Part shown: positions 38,430 to 47,898 of the stretch, piece after piece | Position numbering within the stretch: position 1 is the first letter of the stretch | Layout: every line of letters begins with the position of its first letter | Source: an uncultured Acidimicrobiia bacterium | Lineage (GTDB): Bacteria > Actinomycetota > Acidimicrobiia > Spongiisociales > JAENVV01 | Direction of reading: 5' to 3' | Length of the DNA: 64,000 bases | Assembly: GCA_963752075.1 (NCBI GenBank) | Contig: CAVVWO010000005.1 | Coordinates: 30,523 to 94,522, forward strand | The notes under the pieces: model-generated | Database searches by the model: none | Seen by the model: the letters and a program-made list of their open reading frames with translations, nothing else | Told to the model about the DNA's origin: nothing | Program-made: the position numbers and the translations under genes

Positions 38430-39245
38430 ATGAAGCTTGGAGAGATTGGTACGAAGGTACGGGATGGTGTCGTGGGCACGGTCAAGGGGACCGGCACTGT
38501 CGCCGACACCACCGCCACCGAGATCAAGGACACCACGGTCAGCGTGATCAAGGGTGCCGGCGGCATCGTGCATGGCACCACTGACGCAATTTCCGACGTA
38601 GTTCTGGGCGCCCTGTCGGCGGTCGATCAAATCGGCGGCGGCGTCCTCAAGGTGGTGAAGGGTGTTGCGCTCGGCGTGCTCGAGACCGTCGGCAAGGTCG
38701 CCCAGGTGACCGCAGGGACCATCAGTGACACCGTTCGGGCAGCAATCAAGGGAACCGCAGCCATCGGCGGGGATCTGACTCAGGCCACCAGTGGCGTCGC
38801 CCAGGGCGTGCTGACGGGTGCCAAGGATGTCGGCATGTCCATCACCGATGCGGCCTTCACCGTGGGTCGGGCTGCCGTGACCGGCACCTCCGAGGTCAGC
38901 GGTGACGTCGTCGACGCCGTGACGGGTACGGTCCGCGGCGCCGTCAAGGGCGCTCAGGAAACCGGCGCTGATGCGCTCGGAGCTCTTTCGAGCACGGCGC
39001 GTGGCGTGGTGCGTGGAGCCGGCGATGTCGGCGGCGACGTTGCCAAAGTCACGAAGGCGACCATCTCCGCAGCCATCGGTGTTGCGAAGGAGACGGGCTT
39101 GAGCGTCGAAGACGCAGTGTCGGCCGCTGCTTCTGGAGCCCTCGAGGCTGCCGGAGCCGTGGGAGAGTCCGCCGTTGGAGCGGTGACCGGTGTGGTCGGC
39201 TCGACGGTCGACGGAGTGAAAGTCGTCATCAAAGGCGACGAGTAA
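38430..39245 (+). CDS. Low-complexity Gly/Val/Ala/Thr-rich repeat protein (hypothetical)
   Basis: 271 aa, ATG after ACGGAGGG. It has no Cys, Trp or Tyr, and I saw no signal peptide. It has reiterated short segments such as GAVKGAQETG, GVVRGAGDVG and GVLKVVKGVALGVLETVGKV. Confidence 0.7.
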   Translation: MKLGEIGTKVRDGVVGTVKGTGTVADTTATEIKDTTVSVIKGAGGIVHGTTDAISDVVLGALSAVDQIGGGVLKVVKGVALGVLETVGKVAQVTAGTISDTVRAAIKGTAAIGGDLTQATSGVAQGVLTGAKDVGMSITDAAFTVGRAAVTGTSEVSGDVVDAVTGTVRGAVKGAQETGADALGALSSTARGVVRGAGDVGGDVAKVTKATISAAIGVAKETGLSVEDAVSAAASGALEAAGAVGESAVGAVTGVVGSTVDGVKVVIKGDE

Positions 39246-39281
39246 GCCTTCGTAGTTTCCCCCGCCGGGGACGCAGAAACG

Positions 39282-39305
39282 AGAGGGGCCCTGCGGGGCC
39301 CCTCT
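39282..39305. terminator. GC-rich hairpin between convergent genes (candidate bidirectional terminator)
   Basis: AGAGGGGCCC-tgcg-GGGCCCCTCT, a perfect 10-bp stem followed by tgctattgg. Confidence 0.6.
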
Positions 39306-39432
39306 TGCTATTGGTCGTTCGGGTTCGGGCTCGCGCCGTGCGGGGCTCGATGCCCGCTCACCCTCTGGAACCAGGGTCATGCTCCCGAGGGATCGGAGAT
39401 CAGGCATCGAAGACGCGGCTTGTCCCCGCCGG

Positions 39433-40284
39433 CTAGCGCCGCAGCCAGGGCTCCAGGAGGCGGGTCAACCAGGGCATGAGGATCCAGGAGAGAATGGCCA
39501 CTCCCAGCGCATTGCCGAGGAAGACTCCCGGCGCCCATGGGAGGCCGGGGAGAAAACGTTCCTTCAAGCTGCCCAGCACCAGTGCGGTCGGAAACAACGC
39601 CAACAGGACCACCGCCGATTGTTTCCAGATCTTCACGCTGGTACCACCGTTGTCGGGGAACCATCCGGCGAAACCCCCAACGACGTTCAGCGTCCGGTCG
39701 CCTTCCACCAGGTCGTCCATCCTGTCGAGCACCTCGGTCCGAGCCTCGGAGACCAGCCACGCATCGAGAGAGGAACGATCCTCGAACGCAAAGACGACCA
39801 CCGTGTCATCCTGCACGCCCGGGACTGCTTCGTAGAACGTCGACCACAGGTAGCCGTCGAACGCCTCGAGTCGCTCGAGCAGCTCATCGTGTAGGGCTCG
39901 ATACCTCGACTCGGCACCCGGGCGGAGTCTCACCGACGCCACCGCGGTGACGGGTTGGCCGGTTGTCGAATCCACCGCCAATACCTGTTCGACCGGGTCG
40001 CCGAGCACGAGGTCGGCGCCTTCGGCGATGAGTGTGCGCCGGGCCTCCGATTCGAGCCAGGCGGAGCGGGTAGCTGCGTCTTCGAAGCGATAGACGACGG
40101 TCCATTGGTCGGGGTGGGATGGCCCGGGCGGCTGATATTCGGACGCGACGTGTCCGGGAGCGAGGAACGCCGCGTCTCTGATCCTGCGCATCCATGCCTC
40201 GAACTCCGCTTCACGGCCGGGCACGACTCGGCGCGACACGATGACGGTGGGAGAGGAGCGATCGTTGGACCGGGAGGCGGACAT
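39433..40284 (-). CDS. Antibiotic-biosynthesis-monooxygenase (ABM)-like tandem-domain protein with C-terminal TM helices
   Basis: Two ferredoxin-like ABM-type halves (VIVSRRVVPGREAEFEAWMRRI and VASVRLRPGAESRYRALHDELL). A hydrophobic tail follows (AVVLLALFPTALVLG, GNALGVAILSWILMPW). Confidence 0.65.
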   Translation of the reverse strand: MSASRSNDRSSPTVIVSRRVVPGREAEFEAWMRRIRDAAFLAPGHVASEYQPPGPSHPDQWTVVYRFEDAATRSAWLESEARRTLIAEGADLVLGDPVEQVLAVDSTTGQPVTAVASVRLRPGAESRYRALHDELLERLEAFDGYLWSTFYEAVPGVQDDTVVVFAFEDRSSLDAWLVSEARTEVLDRMDDLVEGDRTLNVVGGFAGWFPDNGGTSVKIWKQSAVVLLALFPTALVLGSLKERFLPGLPWAPGVFLGNALGVAILSWILMPWLTRLLEPWLRR

Positions 40285-40401
40285 CGGTTGGATGCTACCT
40301 CCCGGACGGGCGAGTTCCTGACCGCCGGACCGCCGGTGGGTGGGCGCTCGGCGAGGAGGGTGAACGTGTGTCGTTCGGGATCTGGCGTGCTTGGAGCGGA
40401 G

Positions 40402-40548
40402 GAAGAACGCTGGAAGCGCTCTTCAACGAACTGACATCGTCAGTTCGCGACGGTGTCAGTTCGCGACATCGTCAGTTCGCGTCGTTGGGCGGGGGAAGAA
40501 CGCTGGAAGCGTTCTTCAACGAACTGACCATGTCAGTTCGCAACGATG
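40402..40548. repeat. Duplicated ~48-bp double-hairpin element plus extra GTCAGTTCGCG half-sites
   Basis: Copy 1 is 40402-40450 and copy 2 is 40496-40543. Each carries GAAGAACGC-tggaa-GCG(C/T)TCTTC followed by CGAACTGAC-(atc or cat)-GTCAGTTCG. GTCAGTTCGCG also occurs at 40455 and 40471. Confidence 0.8.
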
Positions 40549-41568
40549 GTCAGACCTCGCGTCGCGAATCGTGTCATGGCTTCGAGTTCGGCTTCGACGT
40601 CGTCGAGGCCGATGCGCTTGCCGATCAGGTCGCCTGGGTGGAGCGTTCCCTGGCTGATCATCGCGAGCAGTTCGCCATAGGCGTGAGCAGGCATCCCGTG
40701 ACTGCCCACGACCTCCAACTCGAGAGCGATGACTCGACTCATCGGGATTGGCAGCGTGTTGCCCTCTGCATTCACGAGGCCGATCTGGATATGGCGACCG
40801 CGCGGGCGCAGGCAAGAGATGGAGTTCGTCACGGTCTCAGCGCTGCCGAGCGCGTCGATCGAGAGGTGGGCGCCGCCGCCCGTGGCGGAACGAACGCCGG
40901 CGACCGGATCGGCCGTTTTGGCGTCGACTGCGGCCACCGCGCCCAGCCGGAGGGCCCAATCCAAGGCGTCGCCGTCGATGTCGACGGCCACCACCCGCAG
41001 TCCGAGTGCCGTTCCGATGTGCACCAGCGACAGTCCGACACCACCGCAACCGTGCACGGCGAGCCACTCGCCTTCTCTCGTCTTGCCCTGGGTCGTCAAC
41101 GCGTGAAATGCCGTCATGAAACGACACCCGAGAGCGGCGGCGGCCGCGAACTCGAGATCGTCGGGGAGTCTGATGAGGTTGGTCTTGGCGTAGGGAATCG
41201 CCACGTACTCCGCGAACGAACCCCAACCGGTGAACCCGGGTTGATACTGTCGCTCGCACAGATGGGTGTCCCCGAGGCGGCAACTCGCACAGGCCCCGCA
41301 TCCGCAGCAGAAGGGAACCGTGACGCGATCACCGACTGCCCACCCGGAGACATCGGGACCGACCTCGGCGATGACACCGGAGAACTCGTGGCCGGGAACG
41401 TGCGGGAGCGCAATGCCCGAATCGTGGCCCATCCAGCCGTGCCAGTCGCTCCGGCACACCCCGCTTGCCTTGACCTCGATGACCACTCCGTCCGGCGGGA
41501 GCGGGCGGGCGGGCGACCTCCTCGACATCGATCGGTCCGGCGAATTCACGAAAGACGAGCGCCTTCAC
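40533..41568 (-). CDS. Zinc-dependent alcohol dehydrogenase (MDR family; apparent frameshift near 41490)
   Basis: GVCRSDWHGWMG, HVPGHEFSGVIAEVG, the structural-zinc region CCGCGACASCRLGDTHLC and the Rossmann motif AVHGCGGVGLS. The N-terminus MKALVFREF is in ORF 41329..41568. Confidence 0.8.
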
Positions 41569-41595
41569 AGCGTCGCCTGTCCTCTCGCCAGTGCC

Positions 41596-42396
41596 CTAGG
41601 GAAGCGGGAGTTCAATGGTCAGTTCCGGGTCGTATTCGAGGATTTCGAACGTGGCGAGGTAGTACTCGGGACCCGCTGCCGCCGCTCGAACGCCTCCGAA
41701 GTCGTACACCGCCTTGGCGAGAAACCCTGCCTTGTCCACCCACAAGTCGATGGCGGCGTATTCGATGTCCGTGAACGACGCGAAAGCCGGATCATCCGTC
41801 GCGTTGAGGAGTACTTCGAGGGTCTCCGGTCCGCCCTGGTAATGCACGGCAGTTCGGCCGGCCACGTCCTCTTCGCCGATTTCGTCGAGGAGTGGCAGGA
41901 TCACGGCGACCGTTTCGGGCGCCAACAGACTGGTCGACGCCAGGGACAGGATTTGTCTGGCGAGGGGCTCTTCGGCCCAGCCAGTTCCATCGTCGAGAAA
42001 ATAGCGTTCCCCGACGCCGATGATCTCGAAGTTGCCGGCCCCGTCGATGGCGATGCTCACGGAAACCGCGTCCGGTGAACGCTGGTAGGCGGCATCGATC
42101 ACGCTCCGGACCAACGGATCGGAACCGTCGGGGTTGTCGGCGAGCCGAACATCGGTATGCGTTCGAAACGTATCCAGAGTGGTCTTCGCGAAGACCGCCC
42201 CAGCCAGATCGGTACCCGATGGGCCATCGCCAACGTTGGGGAGCAGGGCAGTGGAGGTGGTAGTGGCTGGCATAGTGGTCGTGGTTGGCGGAACCGTCGG
42301 TGAGGGCGGGGCGGCGGTTGTGGTCGGAGCGGCTGTGGTGGAGCAGCCGGCCAGGATCATGGCTAGGGCTGCGGACCAGGGGAGCAAAGTGCGCAT
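41596..42396 (-). CDS. Secreted lipoprotein, hypothetical
   Basis: MRTLLPWSAALAMILAGCS lipobox, then a Thr/Pro-rich linker and a globular domain with no family I recognise. Confidence 0.6.
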   Translation of the reverse strand: MRTLLPWSAALAMILAGCSTTAAPTTTAAPPSPTVPPTTTTMPATTTSTALLPNVGDGPSGTDLAGAVFAKTTLDTFRTHTDVRLADNPDGSDPLVRSVIDAAYQRSPDAVSVSIAIDGAGNFEIIGVGERYFLDDGTGWAEEPLARQILSLASTSLLAPETVAVILPLLDEIGEEDVAGRTAVHYQGGPETLEVLLNATDDPAFASFTDIEYAAIDLWVDKAGFLAKAVYDFGGVRAAAAGPEYYLATFEILEYDPELTIELPLP

Positions 42397-42442
42397 CGGC
42401 AGCAGGGTACCAACGCACTGCACTTGTCGTGGCTTCTCCTGA

Positions 42443-43228
42443 TCATCGCCCCCGGTAGTGAGGTTGACGTTTCTCGACGAACGCAGCCATGCCCTCCCGG
42501 GCGTCGTCCGTCCTCATCATGTCGGCGATGTGTCTGGCTTCCCATTCCATTTGCGATTCCAGGGACTCAGTGAACGTCGAAAGCATCATCGCCTTGACCC
42601 GTCCGTAGGCCAGCGTGGGGCCGGCAGCCAACTCCCGGCCGAGTGAGACGGCCTGCTCCATGAGCGATTCGTCGGGTACCGCCCTGGTGATCAGCTGCCA
42701 TTCGGCGGCCTGCGCTGCTGTGAGCACACGGTTGGTCAAGAAGAACTCTGTGGCCCGCCGGACACCGATCGCCCTGGGGAGAAAATAGGTCGAACTCCCG
42801 TCAGGAGACAGTGCCGCCGAGGTGTATGCCGACGTGAATTCCGCCGACTCGGCTGCCAGGACGATGTCGCCGGCCAATGCCACGCTGAGCCCACCCCCGG
42901 CGGCCGTTCCATTCACCGCCACGATGAGCGGGGCGTTCATGCGCGAGAACCGTGACACGGCCGCATGGAGGTACGTGGTCATCTCCTTGACGAGCACCGC
43001 AGGATTCGGGGCGCCGGCGAAGGCCTTCATGTCCCCGCCCGCCGAGAACATCCGGCCGGCGCCGGTCAAGATCACGGCCCGGGTATCCGAATCCTCGTCG
43101 CATTGAATTGCCACCTGCATCAGCTCGTGGCTGAGCTGGAGATTGAACGCATTGGCCGACTCCGGACGGTTGAGGGTGATGGTCGCCAAGCCCTCCTCGA
43201 CCGACAACAGCAACAGTTCGTAGTCCAT
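42443..43228 (-). CDS. Enoyl-CoA hydratase
   Basis: ITLNRPESANAF, FSAGGDMK and AVNGTAAGGGLSVALAGDIVLAAESA. Confidence 0.88.
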   Translation of the reverse strand: MDYELLLLSVEEGLATITLNRPESANAFNLQLSHELMQVAIQCDEDSDTRAVILTGAGRMFSAGGDMKAFAGAPNPAVLVKEMTTYLHAAVSRFSRMNAPLIVAVNGTAAGGGLSVALAGDIVLAAESAEFTSAYTSAALSPDGSSTYFLPRAIGVRRATEFFLTNRVLTAAQAAEWQLITRAVPDESLMEQAVSLGRELAAGPTLAYGRVKAMMLSTFTESLESQMEWEARHIADMMRTDDAREGMAAFVEKRQPHYRGR

Positions 43229-43243
43229 TCGGCCCTCCTCGGA

Positions 43244-43807
43244 TCAGCCGGCTCTCATTCGCTCAGCAAGCAGACGGCCTGCGAAGGATCGCAGATCGAA
43301 CGATGGGTCGAGGGAGGTGTGAATCGCCAGGCCGTTGAGGGTGGCGATGAGCAACTCGGCTTCCGCGCGAGCTTCATCGGCGGGGAGGGCCGTCTCCTCC
43401 CGGAGGAGGGCGTCCGTGAATCGATGGACCCGCTGTTCGTGGTGGCGCAGGACCCGGGTTCGCAGATGCTCGTCGCTGGTGCTGGCCGTTGCGGCGAGTT
43501 GGACGAAGATCTTGGCCAGGCTGTCTGCCTGGATGACGAAGGTCACGTACGCATTCACCAGGTCGGCAATGGTGTCGGTGCCTTCGCCGGCGGGGTCAGG
43601 ATCCACGGCCGTGATGGCCTCCCGCACCACCGTCAGGACTGCTTCGTCCTTGGAGGGAAAGAGGTTGTAGAACGATCCCGACTGGATCCCAGCCCGGTCG
43701 CAAATGGCCTTGAGCGTGGTGCCCTCAAACCCAACCTCGCCCAGGAGTTGGCGGGTGGCTTCGAGGATCTTCGCCTGGGTTTCGATGCCTACCTTGTAGC
43801 GGGCCAT
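43244..43807 (-). CDS. TetR-family transcriptional regulator
   Basis: ILEATRQLLGEVGFEGTTLKAICDRAGIQSGSFYNLFPSKDEAV. Confidence 0.85.
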   Translation of the reverse strand: MARYKVGIETQAKILEATRQLLGEVGFEGTTLKAICDRAGIQSGSFYNLFPSKDEAVLTVVREAITAVDPDPAGEGTDTIADLVNAYVTFVIQADSLAKIFVQLAATASTSDEHLRTRVLRHHEQRVHRFTDALLREETALPADEARAEAELLIATLNGLAIHTSLDPSFDLRSFAGRLLAERMRAG

Positions 43808-43842
43808 GGGACTCCAGAATTGTCGAGTCGATGCTAGACGAC

Positions 43843-43860
43843 CGGTGACTATCGTCACCG
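43843..43860. promoter_or_regulatory. Perfect palindrome, candidate TetR operator
   Basis: CGGTGAC-tatc-GTCACCG, in the 80-bp divergent region between the TetR gene (start 43807) and the HAD gene (start 43888). Confidence 0.5.
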
Positions 43861-43887
43861 AAACGCTGGACTGAGGGAGACGGCGAC

Positions 43888-44607
43888 ATGGATGAGTTTG
43901 CACGTTTCGGAGCGCTGAGCTTCGACTGCTACGGCACGCTCATCGACTGGGAGAAGGGGATCGTTCTCGAGCTGCGTAGGTGGGCTGGGACCCATGATCT
44001 CGATTTCCCAGACGACACCTTGCTCCGAATGTTCGCCGAGGTCGAAACGGCGGTGCAAGCTGCTCAGCGGCCGGCTCTGGCCTACCCGGAGGTGCTGGCC
44101 GAAACGCTTCGGCTGATCGGTCGCCGACTCGGGGCGCCGGTCTCGGCAAGCGAGGCAGACTCGTTCGGCACATCGGTGGGCCGATGGCCCGAATTCGCGG
44201 ACAGCCACAACGCTCTCGAGAAGTTGGCGGGCCGCTTCAAGCTCATCATCGTCTCGAACATCGATCGAGCGTCCTTCGCTGCCAGCCAAACGCGTTCGGG
44301 GGTGTCATTCGACAGGGTGATCACGGCTGAAGAGGTCGGCGCCTACAAGCCGGCCGATCCGCATTTCGAGACCCTCCTTGCCTCCCTCGACGAGTTTGGG
44401 ATTGATCGAGGGGCTCTCCTGCACGTGGCCCAGAGCATCTATCACGACCATGAACCGGCCCGCCGGTTTGGGATCGAGTCGGCTTGGATCGATCGGCGAG
44501 GGGCACGCCGAGGTTGGGGCGCCACTCCGCCGCCCCAGACGGGCGAGGCGACTCCTGCCAGGCGATTCCCCTCGATGGAGGCGTTCGCAGCTGCTGCGCT
44601 GACCTGA
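43888..44607 (+). CDS. HAD-superfamily hydrolase (haloacid dehalogenase type II-like)
   Basis: ALSFDCYGTLIDWE (DxYGT nucleophile motif), IVSNID and AYKPADPHFE. Confidence 0.8.
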   Translation: MDEFARFGALSFDCYGTLIDWEKGIVLELRRWAGTHDLDFPDDTLLRMFAEVETAVQAAQRPALAYPEVLAETLRLIGRRLGAPVSASEADSFGTSVGRWPEFADSHNALEKLAGRFKLIIVSNIDRASFAASQTRSGVSFDRVITAEEVGAYKPADPHFETLLASLDEFGIDRGALLHVAQSIYHDHEPARRFGIESAWIDRRGARRGWGATPPPQTGEATPARRFPSMEAFAAAALT

Positions 44608-44665
44608 GATCGCTCATGGCGGAGCGGGTGTTTCCGATGATCGACTGTAGGATCGGGCAACAAAT

Positions 44666-44696
44666 TTGGTCGATATCCCAAAATTGGGTGTATACT
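44666..44696 (+). promoter_or_regulatory. Candidate promoter for the large acyl-CoA dehydrogenase gene
   Basis: TTGGTC (44666-44671), a 19-nt spacer ending in TG, then TATACT (44691-44696). The region is locally AT-rich with short palindromes (CAAATTTG, CAATTG). Confidence 0.35.
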
Positions 44697-44731
44697 CAAT
44701 TGACTGTTGGAGCCGGCTAGGAGAAGGTGCC

Positions 44732-46537
44732 ATGACTCACTACAAGTCCAATCTTCGAGATCTGGAATTCAACCTCTTCGAGTTCAACGACATCAGCGCC
44801 TACCTGGGCACGGGACCGTTTGCCGCCATGGACCTCGATACCGCGAAGATGATCCTGAGGGAGGTCGAGCGACTGGCCCTCAACGAGTTCTCGGCCAGCT
44901 TCGTCGAGGCTGACCGCTTCAAGCTCGAACTGAAAGACGGCGAAGTCGAACTCGCTCCTGGCCTCAAGAAGTCGATCGAGGCCTACCAGGAAGCCGGCTG
45001 GAACAGGCTCTCCATGCCTGACGAACTCGGCGGTTTCGGAGCTACCCCCTCCTTGAACTGGGCGGCCGCCGAATTGTTGACTGGAGCCAACCCGACGGCC
45101 TATCTCTATGCCACCGGCGAACTCATGGCCAGAGTGCTGTTCGAAGAGGGAACCGAGGATCAGAAGAAGATCGCTGCTTTGATGCTGGATCACAACTGGG
45201 GTGGCACCATGGTCCTGACCGAACCCGACGCCGGGTCAGACGTTGGAGCCGGGACCACCAAGGCGACCCAGATCGAAGGCGATCTCTATCACGTCGAGGG
45301 CGTGAAGAGGTTCATCACCTCGGGTGAGTACGACCTACCGGAAAACATCGTTCATCTGGTGCTGGCCCGACCGGAGGGTGCCGGTCCGGGCACCAAAGGT
45401 CTCTCCTTGTTCATGGTCCCCAAGTTCCTCGTCAACAAGGATGGAACTCTCGGAGACCGCAACGGTGTATACGCCACCAACATCGAAGAGAAGATGGGGA
45501 TCAAAGGCTCTACTACCTGCGAGCTGACCTTCGGTATGAACGAACCTGCTCTCGGTTGGCTGGTCGGTTCCAAGCACGACGGGATCCGCCAGATGTTTCG
45601 TGTCATCGAACATGCCAGGATGCTCATCGGCACCAAGTCGGCGGCGACCCTCTCGACCGGCTATCTCAACGCCCTCGAATACGCCAAAGAGCGCAAACAG
45701 GGGCCCGATCTGGCCAAGGCCACCGACAAGACGTCGCCCCGCGTCGAGATCATCCGGCACCCAAACGTGCGGCGCATGTTGATGATGCAGAAGTCGTACG
45801 CGGAGGGCCTGCGAGCACTCGTGATGTATACCTCCTGGGTGCAGGATCAGGTCATGCTTCACCCTGACGACGACTATTGGGACCGGCTCAACGATCTCCT
45901 CCTTCCCATGGTGAAGGGGTACTCCTCCGAAAAGGCGTACGAGATGTTGGCGGTGTCCTTGCAGACCCTCGGTGGTTCTGGCTTCACACAGGACTACCCA
46001 ATCGAGCAGTACATCCGAGACGCCAAGATCGATACAGTGTATGAGGGCACGACGGGGATCCAGGCCATGGACCTCTTCTTCCGAAAGATCGCTCGGGATC
46101 AGGGTCGAACGCTCACTCGCCTGGCTTCGGAGATCACCGAGTTTGTCAAGGGAGGTCCGGACGCCGACGAGTTGTCGACCGAACGGGAGCTACTCGGGAA
46201 GGCGCTCGATGATGCGCAAGCCACTATCGGAGTGCTCGTCGGTGGGCTGATGGCCTCCGTGCAAACCCCTTCGGAGATCTACAAGGTCGGCCTCCACCTC
46301 AATCCGATGTTGGAGTCCCTGTCCGAGGTGACCATTGCCTGGCTCATGCTTCGCCACGCCGAGTTGGCGCTGTCGAAGCTGCCCGAGGCCGAAGGGGCGG
46401 ATCGCGACTTCTATACCGGCAAGGTGGCCAGTGCCCGCTGGTTCGTTGGGCACGTATTACCGCGAACCGCACTTCGTCGGGCAGCCGCCGAACAAGAAGA
46501 AGGCGCCCTCATGGAGTTACCCGACTCGGCTTTCTGA
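44732..46537 (+). CDS. Large acyl-CoA dehydrogenase (about 600 aa, FadE5-like architecture)
   Basis: MTHYKSNLRDLEFNLFEF, VLTEPDAGSDVGAGTTKA, KRFITSGE, GGSGFTQDYPIEQYIRDAKIDTVYEGTTGIQ and an additional C-terminal helical domain. Confidence 0.88.
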   Translation: MTHYKSNLRDLEFNLFEFNDISAYLGTGPFAAMDLDTAKMILREVERLALNEFSASFVEADRFKLELKDGEVELAPGLKKSIEAYQEAGWNRLSMPDELGGFGATPSLNWAAAELLTGANPTAYLYATGELMARVLFEEGTEDQKKIAALMLDHNWGGTMVLTEPDAGSDVGAGTTKATQIEGDLYHVEGVKRFITSGEYDLPENIVHLVLARPEGAGPGTKGLSLFMVPKFLVNKDGTLGDRNGVYATNIEEKMGIKGSTTCELTFGMNEPALGWLVGSKHDGIRQMFRVIEHARMLIGTKSAATLSTGYLNALEYAKERKQGPDLAKATDKTSPRVEIIRHPNVRRMLMMQKSYAEGLRALVMYTSWVQDQVMLHPDDDYWDRLNDLLLPMVKGYSSEKAYEMLAVSLQTLGGSGFTQDYPIEQYIRDAKIDTVYEGTTGIQAMDLFFRKIARDQGRTLTRLASEITEFVKGGPDADELSTERELLGKALDDAQATIGVLVGGLMASVQTPSEIYKVGLHLNPMLESLSEVTIAWLMLRHAELALSKLPEAEGADRDFYTGKVASARWFVGHVLPRTALRRAAAEQEEGALMELPDSAF

Positions 46538-46690
46538 GCTTGGGGCGGGACGAGCCTTGGGGCGACGTTCCTTTTCGCCGTTCCTTTCGTCGTTCTCTTT
46601 CGGCGGCCCTCGGTGGGCGGGGTTCTCTGACCTCTGACCCCCAGCCTCGGTAGGCTGGCAGGGACCGACTGACCAGGGAACAACGTTGTG

Positions 46691-47095
46691 ATGGTGATGC
46701 GATGGAAACGCGTGCTCAAGCGCATCGCGGTTTTCGTGGTGGTTTCGTTGGGTTTGCTGCTGCTGCTCCTTTGGCTGGCCGATATTCCTGCCCAGTACCC
46801 GGACCACGGCCTGGAGGCCCTGCAGGAGACCGAAGACCCAGCGGTGGTGGCGTCCGTAGCCTGTCTCATCGAGCAGGTTCGACTCGACCCGGATGCGTTC
46901 GGGGTCGGCGAAGACTTTGAGATCCGACGCCGGGATCGCGACTCAACGGTGCTCATCGTGCACGGCTGGGTTCGCCAATCGTCTGTGTCCTGGGTGGAAA
47001 ACGGGATCCGGGTTCGCACCAACCCTCTGTCGAGCGGAGACCTGCTCCCCACCGTGTGTCGTCCGTGGCAGCCGGTTGAGGTTGAAACAGGGTGA
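46691..47095 (+). CDS. Hypothetical membrane-anchored protein
   Basis: N-terminal TM segment KRIAVFVVVSLGLLLLLLWL, then a roughly 100-aa domain with no family I recognise. Confidence 0.5.
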   Translation: MVMRWKRVLKRIAVFVVVSLGLLLLLLWLADIPAQYPDHGLEALQETEDPAVVASVACLIEQVRLDPDAFGVGEDFEIRRRDRDSTVLIVHGWVRQSSVSWVENGIRVRTNPLSSGDLLPTVCRPWQPVEVETG

Positions 47096-47258
47096 CCGTT
47101 GGGGCCCCGGCGGAAGAAGTGGGTCCTGGTCCTGCGTAGCGCTGAGGCGGCGCTGCTCCGGCCCGATCGGGGTTTACCTGGTCTTGAGGTTGTGGAGATA
47201 CGGCATTACCCCGCCGTCTGGTCTACTCCCTACTGAGACGTCCACCAAGGAGACCAAC

Positions 47259-47822
<564 letters not shown>

Positions 47823-47898
47823 GCAGAGCCACGGCACTGCCCGGTGATCCCGCTTCTGGAGGTCGCTCGAGTCGAGTTGGAGCGCTAGCTTCGGCTCC

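Noticed and set aside
38181-39407. 408-aa ORF antisense to ychF and the Gly/Val-rich gene
   Set aside because: It spans two plus-strand genes and an intergenic region, has no RBS or motif, and is a low-complexity mirror of the repeat gene.
40402-40548. Possible CRISPR array
   Set aside because: There are only two full units, separated by related half-sites rather than unique spacers. No cas genes are present, and the units are internally palindromic like REP or terminator elements.
40368-41774. 468-aa plus-strand ORF covering the hairpin repeats and the antisense of the Zn-ADH gene
   Set aside because: The minus strand encodes a clear MDR alcohol dehydrogenase. The repeated GRTLEA(L/F)FNELT peptide in this ORF is just the translated DNA repeat.
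46893-47258. N-terminal extension of the poly-Asp ORF (ORF track starts at 46893)
   Set aside because: The extension overlaps the preceding gene and lacks protein-like sequence. ATG 47259 has an AAGGAG RBS and is immediately followed by a signal peptide.
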